Part shown: piece by piece, positions 47,009-60,516 of the stretch
Position numbering within the stretch: the stretch's first letter is position 1
How the letters are laid out: the number at the start of each line of letters is the position of its first letter
Source of the DNA: the human T2T-CHM13v2.0 reference genome, Homo sapiens
Length of the DNA stretch: 64,000 nucleotides
NCBI RefSeq assembly: GCF_009914755.1
Contig: NC_060939.1
Direction: 5' to 3' (one strand)
Translations under genes and position numbers: made by a program
Notes under the pieces: model-generated
What the model was told of the DNA's origin: nothing
What the model saw: the letters and a program-made list of their open reading frames with translations, nothing else
Database searches by the model: none

Positions 47009-48463
47009 TCACAACTCTCTGAAAGCGATGAGCCTTCTCCCCTTCTTGCCTCATCCCCCAAATATAAAGACTCACGTACCCTCAAAGCTTGGCATGCAAT
47101 TGCAAGAGTTTATGGAGCCCCTTGATTTCAGGGTCCTCAGGTTAAGAATTCACACTTGGTACCTTTCATATACTTTTATTTCTTCATTGGAGCTATAGCT
47201 TTAAACCTTGACCCTATCATTGTTTACCAGCTTGCTTTCCATTGGGTGACAGCAATGAAAACAAACTCACCTTTCAGGCAATAAGTGTTGGGAGCCTTAG
47301 TCCTCACTCTGGATGTGTGCTCCCCTGGTGATTCTAAAGTCTAGCCCTGGTAGAGAACCACTGTTCCCAGGTGCCTTTGCCCTGGGCTGTATCTGGGCTA
47401 AGCGATTGGCACCAGCTTACCTTCCCCTGTTCGTGCCTCTCAAAGCCTCCTCTGCATGAGAAGCCGGTGTGCCCAAGCCTGGGAAATGTGAGACGGTGAA
47501 GAAGCAGCTCCTCTATTCATTTATTTTTCACTCAGGCACAATCTTGCTTAAGTCCTAATCATGAAACCTATAAAAATACTAATAAAAGCCGAGTTTAACC
47601 AACACCTGTCAGTAAGTTATGAATCTTTGTCTCTGCCCCACCATGTACAAAGGTCACTCACAAGCAGGGTGGGGAAAGCCTCTGACCTCTCCCACGACGC
47701 CTTTCCGTGCGTGTGCTTGTGAAGCCGCAGGTGAGTCACTTCGTGTTTAGTAATCAGACGCCCACGCATAAGTCCACTCTGGATCTTTGTGCGTACCTCA
47801 CTTCCACAGACATTTTAAGAGGAAATGGGTTTTTCCAGTCAACCCTTGAAGTAAGTTACTTCTTTGAAAATCACTGAGCAATATATTTATTGGATATTGG
47901 ATATTGATGGATATTGGATATTGGCAACAAAGGTGATACATCATTTAACTGGCAGTCTTAAAGCTCAGCTTGGAAAACAATTCATTACTTCTCATGGCTT
48001 CTTTACCAAAAATTATCCTAGCTTTTTTCAAGAACAGAATGAATGATTGCCACATCTTGGTAAGTGGTTAATATCTGGCTTCTCTTCTAGAATGTTCAAA
48101 TCAGCCACTGCTCGGGTACACAACCTATCAGGATATGATGCTTTGGGAAAAAAAAAGTGTCTCAGCAACGAGGTTTTCCTTCAATAAAATGTTAGTTCTT
48201 ACACTACAACCCACTGTGTCCAATTGTAAAGAACTTCTGGTTCAGACTCAAAGTTATGATAATCAATTAATCTTCTTTATTAACAATAATTTAAATGCCT
48301 CTTCTACCCCAGCCTAAATTCAATGACTAAATGAGAAGGATTATTTCTATCTTGCTAGTAAGAGCAAAAGAATATTGGGCCTAAGACAACTGATATGTCT
48401 TCATTGTTTCGCTAAGTAATCCATAATGCTGTGGCTTGAGGCAAGAAATCAAGGCTTGTTCCT

Positions 48464-49722
48464 TAACTTTTAAGTTTAAGCGTACATGTGCTTTTTGGAT
48501 ATGGATCTTGTACCTCAGCACTTGGTGGACTACATCTGTTAGAAGACAGGGCTTGGACATAAAGTTGCCTAAGGTCCTAGTAGATCACAGGCTAGTGGAG
48601 AAAATAAGGCATTAAAATGATATGGTATTAAAATGATAAATCCACTCATAACTTCTAAATTTTAGCTTCCCTGTCTCCTCTGAACTGTTTGACTTTACAA
48701 GTGAACAGTATTAGGCTCAACAGATACACGTTGTTATACTGGTAAATTTGTGTCATGGGGGTTTGTTGTACAGATGGCTGTGTCACCTAGGTATGAAGCC
48801 TAGTACTCATTAGTTGTTTTTTCCTGATCCTCTCCCTCCTCCCACCCTCCACCCTCCGATAGGCCCCAGTGTGTGTTGTTCTCCTCCAAGTGTCCATGCG
48901 TTCTCATTTAGCTCCCACTTATAAGGAACAATACGCAGTAATTGGTTTTCTGTTCCTGCCTTAGTTTGCTAAAGATAATGGTCTCTAGCTCCATCCATGT
49001 TCCTGCAAAGGACATGATCTTGTTCTTTTTTATAGCTACATAGTATTCCATGATGTATGTGTGCCACATTTTCTTTATCCAGAGTACCATTAGTGGGCAT
49101 GTACATTGATTCCATGTCTTTGCTATTGTGAGTAGTGCTGCAATGAACATACATGTGCATGTGTCTTTATAATAGAATAATTTAAATTCCTTTGGGTATA
49201 TACCCAGTAATGGGATTGCTGGGTCAAATGGCATTTCTGTTTTTAGGTCTTTGAATAGCCACACTGTCTTCCACAGCGGTTGAACTAATTTATACTCCCA
49301 CCAACAGTGTTCCTTTTTCTATGCAATGTCACCAGAACCTATTACATTTTGACTTTTTAATAATAGCCATTCTAACTTGTGTGAGCTAGTATCTCATTAT
49401 GGTTTTCATTGCATTTTTCTAATGATCAGTGATGTTGAGCTTTTTTTATATGCTTGTTGGCCGCACGTATGTGTTCTTTTGAAAAGTGTCTGTTCATGTC
49501 CTTTGTCCACTTTTTAAATGGTGTTATTTGTTTCAGACTTGTAAATTTATGTTCCCTATAGATACTGGATATTAGACCTTTGTCAGATGCATAGTTTGCA
49601 AAAATTTCCTCCTACTATGTAGGTTGTCTGTTCACTCTGTTGATAGTTTTCTCTGCCGTGCAGAAACTCTTTAGTTTAATTAGATCCCATTTGTCAATTT
49701 GCTTTTGTTGAAATTGCTTTTG
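48464..49722 (-). mobile_element. L1PA (about PA13-16) 3' end, interrupted at 48492-48730
   Basis: GTGTCATGGGGGTTTGTTGTACAG...TTCCTGATCCTCTCCCTCCTCCCACCC; ORF 48908-49264 is the ORF2 C-terminus (PFDPAIPLLGIYPKE...CMFIAAL...WIKKMW). Confidence 0.9.
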
Positions 49723-50885
49723 AAACCACAGTTTTAAGTCAAAGTCTCATATGTCTTTGAAAAGCAGTGTCCCAAGATGTTCAGTTTCACGAGAGAAGTG
49801 AGACACCTGGTTTTGAGTGAATGCTTGGTTGATTACCTGGTATCCTTATTACACATCTTTATGGAAAATAGCCTAGCTGAGAACATCCTTAAAAATGCAC
49901 ACAAACCCAATAACTCAAACTCCTGAAAATTTTCACAGGATGCAAATGATATCTGAAGCTCCCTTTACATATTGTGATTACAAAATGTGCTTTTAATGCG
50001 AGCTAATAAAATACATTTCTTCTCTCTATCTCAATGAGAATATCTTTTCTTATGCAGAGAAAGAAGGAAGACAGTCAGAAATGACATGATTACCAGCTAC
50101 AGTTACATGAAATATACATACACGGACATACATGTTTTTACTCAATAATTTATGACCAGCCCGACTTTGAGGAAACTGAGGCCTAAAGAATTCAAGTGGC
50201 TTGTCATAGGTCACACCATCAGGAAGTGGTAGAGCCATGACTCCAAATCAGACCTATCAGACTCAAAGTCCACCTCAGCCACCATCACCTTGTCAACAAC
50301 AACAAAGGCCTCGATGTGTTGAGCACTTTCTGTTGACCAGACATCTTCTATGTAATATTTCATTTACCATAACAAGCCCACAATAAAGATGTCATTAACA
50401 TCTGAAGCCTAGAGAGTCCCTTCCTCAATTTTATGCAGCAAGTGCTGAAAATAAGGCTTGCTCCCAGGAACCAAAGCCCCTGATCTTTTCACTGTCCCTG
50501 GGCCTTGGCATGCAGCAGAGACCTACCTGCCTTCCACATACCTCTAAACCTCACACAACACACCATGCTTAACAGCATGCAGGTCTGTAGCTGATGCTAA
50601 AGGCTAACAGTGCCTCCAGCCTGGCAAGGAACAGAGGAAGCTGGAAGGTTCTCTGTCGAGCCTGATACTGTTCATTTGTAAAGCCAAACAGTTACAAGGA
50701 CACAGGAAAGTTAAAATTTATAAGATAGAAGTGGGTTTATCATTTTAATACTATATCATTTTAACACCTTATTTCCCCATTAGCCTGTGATCTACTAGAA
50801 CCTTAGGAAACTTGATGTCCAAGCCCCGTATTCTAACAGATGTAGTCTCCAAGTGCTGAGGTACAAGATCCATATCCAAAAAGCA
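48489..50885. repeat. ~235-bp inverted repeat pair (48489-48724 and 50652-50885)
   Basis: TGCTTTTTGGATATGGATCTTGTACCTCAGCACTTGG... is the reverse complement of ...CCAAGTGCTGAGGTACAAGATCCATATCCAAAAAGCA; roughly 85-90% identical by hand alignment. Confidence 0.93.
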
Positions 50886-51456
50886 ACAGGTTTCCTCTAC
50901 ACTAGCAATCACCAATCCAAAAACGTCAAGGAGAAAAAAAAAAAAAATCCCATTCATCTAAAATACTGGGGAAAACGCTTATTATGAAATAAATCTAACC
51001 AGAAATGTGCAAGGCTTATATGAAGAAAAATGTAAAATGTCACTGAAGAACACATAAATAAATTCCTGGATGAGAAAACTCATTTAAAAATGCTCGTTCT
51101 CTGCAATTTAATGAATAAATTCAATATTTTCCCAATGCTATTTCAATCTACCAGAATTTTTATAAAAATCAAGCGAGTCCTGGCTTCTTTTCTGAATGAG
51201 AAAATATTTTAAAATAGCCAAAATAAAAAATTTAAAGAAAAGAATTCTGGTAATCCTTGCCCTACTAGTTATCAAAACGTACTACAAGAAAACCTGCAAT
51301 GAACAAAAAATGTTGTTTTGGTGCAGAAATAGACAGTAGATCAGTTCAAGAGAAAATAAACACAGACTGATGGATTTATATCAATTAATTATGTAATAAA
51401 AATGAATATTCCATTCAGTGGATAGAATGCAGTGGATTCCATTCTGCAAGATAAAA

Positions 51457-51705
51457 GGCTGAATGATGAGAACGCATAGACACATGGTGGGGAACAAAAC
51501 ACACTTGGGCTTGTTGGAAAGGGAGGTTGGAGGAGTGAGAGCATCAGGAAGAATAGCTAATGGATGTTGGGCTTCACACCTAGGTGATGGGATGGTCTAT
51601 GCAGCAAAGCACCATGGCACCCGTTTACCTATGTAACAAACCTGCACATCATGCACATGTACCCCTGAATTTAAAACAAAAGTTGGAAATAAAAAAGAAT
51701 AAAAA
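51457..51705 (+). mobile_element. L1PA (about PA8-10) 3' UTR fragment
   Basis: GAGAGCATCAGGAAGAATAGCTAATGGATG...TTTACCTATGTAACAAACCTGCACATC.TGCACATGTACCCCTGAA. Confidence 0.8.
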
Positions 51706-51921
51706 TGTACAAGATGAGAGGAAATATTTTTATTATATAACACCAAGTTTTAATACCCAGAATACATTTAAAAATGTATAAATCAATGAGAAAAAGGAAA
51801 AATAACATAATGGAAAAAAGAACAAGAAAGATAAATTGCCATTTCAGAGAAGAAACATGCCATTATGAATGTATTCTCAACTTCAATAATATTCTCTCAT
51901 ATTCTTAAAAAAGTAAATTTA

Positions 51922-52323
<402 letters not shown>

Positions 52324-52489
52324 TTAAAAAACAATCTCACTCACTGTACTTGAGAATAAAATCTTTGGGAGGGCAAATATACCATTAGGTTCCTATGCCG
52401 GGGAAATAGACATGCAAGGGAGTTCAGCATTATTATTATTAATAACCCTAAATCTAAAGTAACATAAATGCCTATTAGTGAGGCTAAGG

Positions 52490-52795
52490 TTTTTTTTGTT
52501 TTTGTTTTTGTTTTTTGAGATGATGTCTCACTCTATCACCCAGGCTGGAGTGCAGTGGCATGAACTCAGCTCACTGCAACCTCTGCCTCCCCGGTTCAAG
52601 CAATCCTCCTGCCTCCCTCCCGAGTAGCTGAGATTACAGGTTCTCGCCACAGTGCCCAACTAATTTTTGTATTTTTAGTAGAGATGGAGTTTCATCATGT
52701 TGGTCAGGCTGGTCTCGAACTCCTGACCTTAAATGATCCAACCACCTCTGCCTCCCAAAGTGTAGGGATTACAAGCGTGAGCCACCGCACCAGCC
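52490..52795 (-). mobile_element. AluS
   Basis: Reverse dimer with (TTTTTG)n tail. Confidence 0.92.
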
Positions 52796-55054
52796 AAGTC
52801 TAAGATTATATAAAGAATGGTGCAGTCACACAATGAAATCCTACGCTACTCATGAAAACTATGAAGCAGACCACAGAGTTTGAAATGAAGACAAGCAAGG
52901 TGCAGATCCCTCAAGAAAGGTGTGATTTTCAGTGTGTGCGTGAGCATGTAAGGCAAATATATACAATTATATAAGACAGGTTTTATGTCACATAAAAAAT
53001 CCGTGTGTTCCTAAACGCACATGTGTTTGCAATTGCATATGCAAAGCTGGGAGCAGTGAATATTGCTTCAGACCAAGGGAGAAGGGTGCTGATGGGTGGA
53101 AGGGCCTGCACGGGACCAAAAGATTAGCATGGGCCTCACTCACACTCACGTGCTCTTTGCCATGAGTCTGTTGGAAAACACAGTGTCTTAATTCTCTGGA
53201 CTTCAGTTCAAAACGTGATTTTTTTAAAGCTGTTATAGTTTCCACCATTTTCATAATCATTTTATTATTTAATTCAATTAGAATACTTCATGAGCCACTA
53301 AATATTTATAAGCAGGTTTTTTTAAATCAATGATAGAGTCAGTTATCGCAGGGCAATTTCAATTGGAACTGACCTTCTTAGGGGAAAAGAGATATTAAAG
53401 GGCAATCATGTAGAACGAATAATGTTTCGTCACAGACGAGCTTTTCCCATTGATTCTGCGTTCAATATAAATCTAATTATATTTATTGAAGACCCGTAAT
53501 CATTACTCATCTTATGTGTCTTGATTTCATGTTTGCTTGCTCAGTTTTAGTAACGGCAATGCAATCTACTATTAGTTCATTCGTGGAAACTCTTTCCTCA
53601 TTCTGTTCATTCTGTTGTAATTGCAATACAACTACGTTATGTATGTGTAAACCATGACATAAGAAGGCAGGACCTTTTCTGCTATTCAGAATAAGATACC
53701 TTTAGCAAAAGGATCCTGAGCCCTTATAGTAACCTGTCTCTTCATCAAAATAAAAACTGAAACAAAAACTGTCTCCAATGTTTTCATTTGTTTTGTTTTT
53801 GTTTTATTTTATTGTCCTGTTATTAGTTGTCTTCTTCCCCATACCCTTTTTTCCTTCAAACTTTCCTTCAAGTAAAAAAGCTCTGTTATTTCTTCCTCAG
53901 CTGCCAGAATCATTTTGGGGAGATGGGGGAGAGTAAATTTAGGCATGAGGATACATGGAATGCTCTAGTACAGGGATAACCATTTCCAGTAAAGTATTAG
54001 TAACTCAAAGGGCAGTACCTCAGTGTCAACAGTGCATATAACCATGATGGTAAAGAACCCACACAGGAACTGATGAACATCTGTCCTGTCTACTGATTAA
54101 AATAAGTTCATCTTCTTCCCTTCCTCCTTTTCATTCCATCCTTCTGTTTTCTTTCTCCTTTAACCTTGAAGGCAGTATAGTGAAAACAGGACAGGTAGCC
54201 TTTGGTTTGATACTGTCCCTACCGTTTACTGGCTGTGGAAGATGAAGGAAGACACATGGCCCATCTTTCTGAACCTTGGGAGCCTTGTCTGTCAATTCAG
54301 ACCTCTATCCCAAGATGCACTTCCAGAGCTTTTTACGAGTGTGAATAGGATTGTTTATGTTGAACATCTGAACAGGAGTTCAGTGGGTGCTTAATAAAGA
54401 TTAGGTCTCGTCCTTCTTTCTACGGATATTTTCTTTGCAAACTATTTCCAATTGTGAAATTGTGAAACTGGAATTTGAGCCATAAATGAATTTCCAACAT
54501 CAATAAACATATAGATATGGTCTCCCAATTAAAACAGAAGTGTGTGCAAACACAAATTTACAAGATAAAAAAATCTAAGCAATAGCAAGACGAATGCATG
54601 CACCATACAAAAAGATAATGAATGAGCATTGGTATAATACTTAGGCAGTGATTCAATCACCTTCATAAAATCCGAAGGGTCCAAAAAGATAAATTGGAAC
54701 TTCTGGTGTTGGAAAATATAGAGTTAAAACATTACAGCCTATCTCTCCTAGCGATCTTAACCAGAATTCTGAAAATAATAATCATAAAAGCAATTATCTC
54801 AGCACCAACACATTAGCAGGTGGTTTGGGGAGGGAGGTCAAATTCTGAAGTGCAAACTGTAACAAGAGCAAATGTTGTGTAGGGTTTTCTCTTTTATTAC
54901 CTCCTGGCTTTGAACCAAGGGCGGTCTCAGTGGGGAACTACCAGAGGACACAAGCAGGAAAAGCTTAGAGACAAATCTATCTTTCATCCAGAGTAACAGG
55001 AAAAATGGTATCTCCAAGCAGGAGAGTTTGGGGGAGTAGGTCTGATTGTTGTTT

Positions 55055-56090
55055 AATAAATTTTACCTTGGAAAAATTTTATATTTCAGAAAAGTTGCAA
55101 AGATAGTACAGAGAGCTCTTGTACACATTCACTTAGTTTCCCCCATTATTTACAACTTACATTACCACAGTTCATGTGTTGAAACTAAGAGACCTATATG
55201 GGTACATTGCTGATATGGATTGGCTGTGTCCCCACCCAAATCCCATCTTGAATTGTAGCTCCCATAATTTCTCCATGTTGTGGGAGGGACATAATTGGAG
55301 ATAACTGAATCATGGGGGGTGGTTTCCTCCACACTCTTCTTGTGGTAGTGAATAAGTCTCATGAGATCTGAGGGTTTTATAAGGAGTCTCCCCTTTTGCT
55401 TGGCTCTCATTCTCTCTTGCCTGCTGCCATGTAAGACGTGCCTTTCTCCTTCCACCATGGTTTTGAGGCCTCCCCAGCCATGTGGAACTGTGAGTTCATT
55501 AAACCTCTTTTTCTTTATACTCAGTCTCCGGTATATCTTTATCAGCAACGTGAAAACAGACGAATACCAATTACTGTTAATGAAACTAGACTTTATTTGG
55601 TTTCACTAGTTTTTCCACTAAAGTTCTTATTCTGTTCCAGGATCCAATCCAGGATACCATATTGCATTTAGTTATCACATCACCTTAGTCTTTTCTGCTC
55701 AATGGCAGTTTCTCAATCTTTCCTTATTTTCCACGGCCTTGAGAATTTTGAGGAGAATGCATTGAATATTTTGTAGAATGTCCTTCAAATTAGGTTTTTC
55801 TGATGTTTTTCTCATGCTTAGACTGGACTTACGGTTTGAGGGTAAAATATCAGAGAAGTGAAGTGCCCTTTACATAACATCATATGAGAGGTACACACTA
55901 TCAACAGAACTTATCACTGGTGATGTTAGTCTTCATCACCTGGTCAAAAGAGTGTTTGTTGGGTTGAAAGCAAGTCACTAGGTCTAGCACCCACTCCAAG
56001 TGAGTGGGAGGAGAATCTATATAAATTATTTGGGATTCTGCTGTAAGGAAGATTTGTTTCTTTTCCCCCATTTTTATGTTTATGCCTTGA
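55055..56090 (-). mobile_element. L1MC-like 3' fragment hosting a THE1 LTR
   Basis: AGAAAAGTTGCAAAGATAGTACAGAGAG...TTCTGTTCCAGGATCCAATCCAGGATACCA. Confidence 0.65.
55211..55569 (+). mobile_element. THE1B-like solo LTR
   Basis: TGATATGGATTGGCTGTGTCCCCACCCAAA...GAGGCCTCCCCAGCCATGTGGAACTGTGAG...; 5-bp TSD ATTGC/ATTAC. Confidence 0.9.
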
Positions 56091-56391
56091 GAGTAGCATA
56101 AACATAAAATGTAAAATTGTCTGATGGGTTTTCTGAGGTTCATACAAATGTAAATTTTAATGTATGTGGATGTAATACACATGACAACTATAGCGTAAAA
56201 GGGGAAAGGCAGTCATTCCTAGAGCAACTGCTAAAAATATATATAAAGTAAAAAAAAGATAAATTTAAATGGATTACCAAAAGATGTTCAAATAATCAAA
56301 ATGAAAGCAGGAAAAAAAGAATAAAGAAACACAGACACACTGATGAAGGCACAACCAAAGCAAATAACAAAATGACACATATAAAACCGAC

Positions 56392-57523
<1,132 letters not shown>

Positions 57524-58333
57524 ACCAACGTTGTTACGTTGTTAAAGATCACACTACATGCAGATGGTAAACATGCCAATTAAAAGACATTGTCAGATTG
57601 GATTTTTTAAACTGTCATATGCTGCTATATTAATAGTAGCTGAACTCGAATATTCATTGTAATGTATACACAACAAAAATGGAATTTTATCTGTGAATGA
57701 GTTGAGTCACCATATAAATTAACTTCTCTCTAGTTATAGAATATTTTTTATTTAAATATCCTCTTTATGTCTGGCTGGGGCAGCTCTACGCTATAGCAAA
57801 TTTGGCCAGACCCACTTAAGCCACTCAAATGGCTCTACAATGTTGACTGCTCAACAGCCATTTGCCCCTCTTCCTTGTTAACAGAGCTCTGATTGTGTCC
57901 AGCACCCAGAGAAGAATGACTGGTCTAAGTGAATTGTAAAAATCCTACTTATTTTTGCCAGTCAATAATCTATAGGTGTACATATGACTCAGTTTTGGCC
58001 AATGACATGTAAGAAGTCTGTTGGGGGCATCTGGGATATAAATATATCTTCTTTCTGAGAGAAAAGAGAATTTTTGTTTGCTTGCAGACCCTCCCTTGCT
58101 TTATGTGTTGAACTCTGTGGTGTAAGGAAGACAAGGAGACACTTAGAGCTGTGGTAATCCCTACTACGATGAAGGGAGCAGAGTATGTCAAGGAGAAAGA
58201 TAAAAGGATTCTGATGAATCAATCTGAAGGGCCCATACTCTACTACTGACCTTTTCGTCTAGTAAACAAGAAATATTTTTAAAGGCAGAATGTGTGTTGG
58301 TCACACAGTCTGTTGTTACCTGTAGCCAAAACT

Positions 58334-58638
58334 ATTGTTTGTTGTTGTTGTTTTGAGATGGAGTCTCGCTCTCTTACCCAGGCTGGAGTGCAGTGGCACA
58401 ATCTCGGCTCACTGCAAACCTCCGCCTCCCGGGTTCAAGAGATTCTCCTGCCTCAGCCTCCCGAGTAGTTGCGACTACAGGTGCGAGCCACCACACCCAG
58501 CTAATTTTTGTATTTTTAGTAGAAACGGGGTTTCACCATGTTGGCCAGGATGGTCTCGATCTCTTGACCTTGTGATCTGCCCGCCTCGGCCTCCCGAAAT
58601 GCTGGTATTACAGGTGTGAGCCACCATGCCTGGCTGGC
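58334..58638 (-). mobile_element. AluSc-like
   Basis: GGATGGTCTCGATCTCTTGACCTTGTGATC; TSD GCCAAAACTRTT. Confidence 0.9.
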
Positions 58639-58874
58639 CAAAACTGTTCTTAACTGAAATGAAAACAGAGAGTCTGGTCTTTCCCAGTACAGAATGCAAA
58701 ACCTGCCATTTTGTCCTTTCATTACCGTTAGGACCATTGTCCTTTTCTCCCTCTCCCAGCCACTTAATTTGGAGGGAACCATTGCCTGGAGACAGTGAAA
58801 GTTTAGTAGAGTAAGAGGCAGAACACTATTCATGTATTGCAGAGCCAATACTACTACACGGTTAGGATACATCA

Positions 58875-59090
58875 TTCAATCACTCAACATTTATTGAGCA
58901 CTTACTGTATGCTAAGATCTGTGTTAGGCCCTAGAGGTCAAAAAACGAATGAGAACAAGTTCTGTGTTTCAAATGAGTGGGATGGATAATACACAGATAA
59001 ACACGTAAGGTCACGTTGTGTTATATAAAAAAAAAAGTAGGCAGAGTAAGATCATGTAGGGAGCTATTCTAGACGAAATGGTCAGAGAAT
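58875..59090 (-). mobile_element. L2 3' fragment
   Basis: CATTCAATCACTCAACATTTATTGAGCACTTACTGTATGC...TGTGTTAGGC. Confidence 0.6.
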
Positions 59091-59969
59091 AGCAACTATT
59101 TCTGAACTTTACACAGAGCCTAATTTGTGACTTTTCCACTTTCTCTGAGAGGTAATAAGGAAATTTTGAACTTATAAAACTTTACTAAATCTCCACATTA
59201 ATAATCTAAACTCAACGAGGGTAGTAGAGCAACCTTTACTTTGAGGTTTTTTTTTTAGGAAAATTGCTAAATTTCATTGTGAGATTAATCAATACATAAC
59301 AGCTCACAAACGTGGCATGTCGATAAGGGGACAACTTAAAAGTTAAGAAAATGATGACCAGCTAATGACAGCTATGCAAGATGGTAAAAAACAGAACAGA
59401 GAAAAAATGGAAGGTTGAAAAGGAAAATGTAGCAGGACAAGCCGGAGGAACCTTGGGCGTGAGGAACAAGTCATCAAGGCAATTGGAAATTTCTGTGGAT
59501 ATGACAATGATGTCAGGAAACTTTCGGGTGGGGCAGAAACTTGAGTGACAGATGTTGTTCAAAAACAATGTGATTCATGATCTTATTTACAGCAGGAAGA
59601 ATCAGAGTTCCAGCTATTCCTAACAGCGACACTGCGGAGCTTAGGAGAACTCCTTAGGGGATGTATCAGGTTTAAAACCACAACCCTCATTTTTCTTATC
59701 TATGGCTCTTACATGGGCTGGGAATTCTGAAACCTGGGAGAGGCGGTGATCAAAAACCTGGAGGTTAGAAGATTCCAAGTCATTCATTAAAGTCCCGATG
59801 CGGCCGGCCCCCAAGATCTCAAAAGGAAATATTGCCGAGTTCCGTTTCCCAGAGCATCTATTTCCCCTCGAGTATTGCAGATGTAATCATAAACACAAGC
59901 CAGTTACAGCCACAACTTCATGCTCTAGCGAGAACCCAGTGGCTCCTGCAAAGTCCTTACGCTGCTAGA

Positions 59970-60360
59970 AACCCCGCCCCCGTTCGTAACTATGGGAACG
60001 GCTGACACGCTGAGAGCCGGAGATAACCCTGTTCCGCCCCCTCCCTGACAGATACTGTTTCCCACTGTCTGTCCACATGGGCGCACCGCCTCACTATTGG
60101 CCAGGGCTCCAGGACTGTGCCTGGCCTCAGCCAGTAAACGGCCTGTGCACGTGCACGCCGGAGCCTCCCGATTGGCCAACACTCCCTGATCACGCACGGC
60201 CTTCCTGCGCCCACCCACGCGTGGGAGCGCCAATGAAATGACTCAGTGACCATCTACAACAAATCAGCAAGAAGCAGGGCTCGCAGCTGACCAATGGCCG
60301 CCCGCCGGGGGTGGGCTGTCCCGGCCCTTTTCCAGGCCCAACTGGGTTTGTTAAAGCGAC
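59970..60360 (+). promoter_or_regulatory. ARRDC4 proximal promoter: GC boxes, four CCAAT boxes, E-box/ChoRE-like elements, AP-1 site
   Basis: CCCCGCCCC at 59972-59980; ATTGG at 60096 and 60171; CCAAT at 60230 and 60291; CACGTG at 60148; CACTGT-N5-CACATG at 60063-60079; CACTCC-N5-CACGCA at 60180-60196; TGACTCA at 60239-60245; weak TATA-like TTAAAG at 60351. Confidence 0.75.
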
Positions 60361-60516
60361 AGGCCTCTCGGCGAGCCGGTGCCCCATCGGGTACCGCACG
60401 GCTGCCGCGGCGGCCTTACCCTGCCGCGAGCGCCTGTGACAGCGGCGCCGCTGTGCTCGCGACCCCGGCTCCGGGCCTCTGCCGACCTCAGGGGCAGGAA
60501 AGAGTCGCCCGGCGGG

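Noticed and set aside
48908-49264. 118-aa ORF
   Set aside because: Decayed L1 ORF2 C-terminus, not a host gene.
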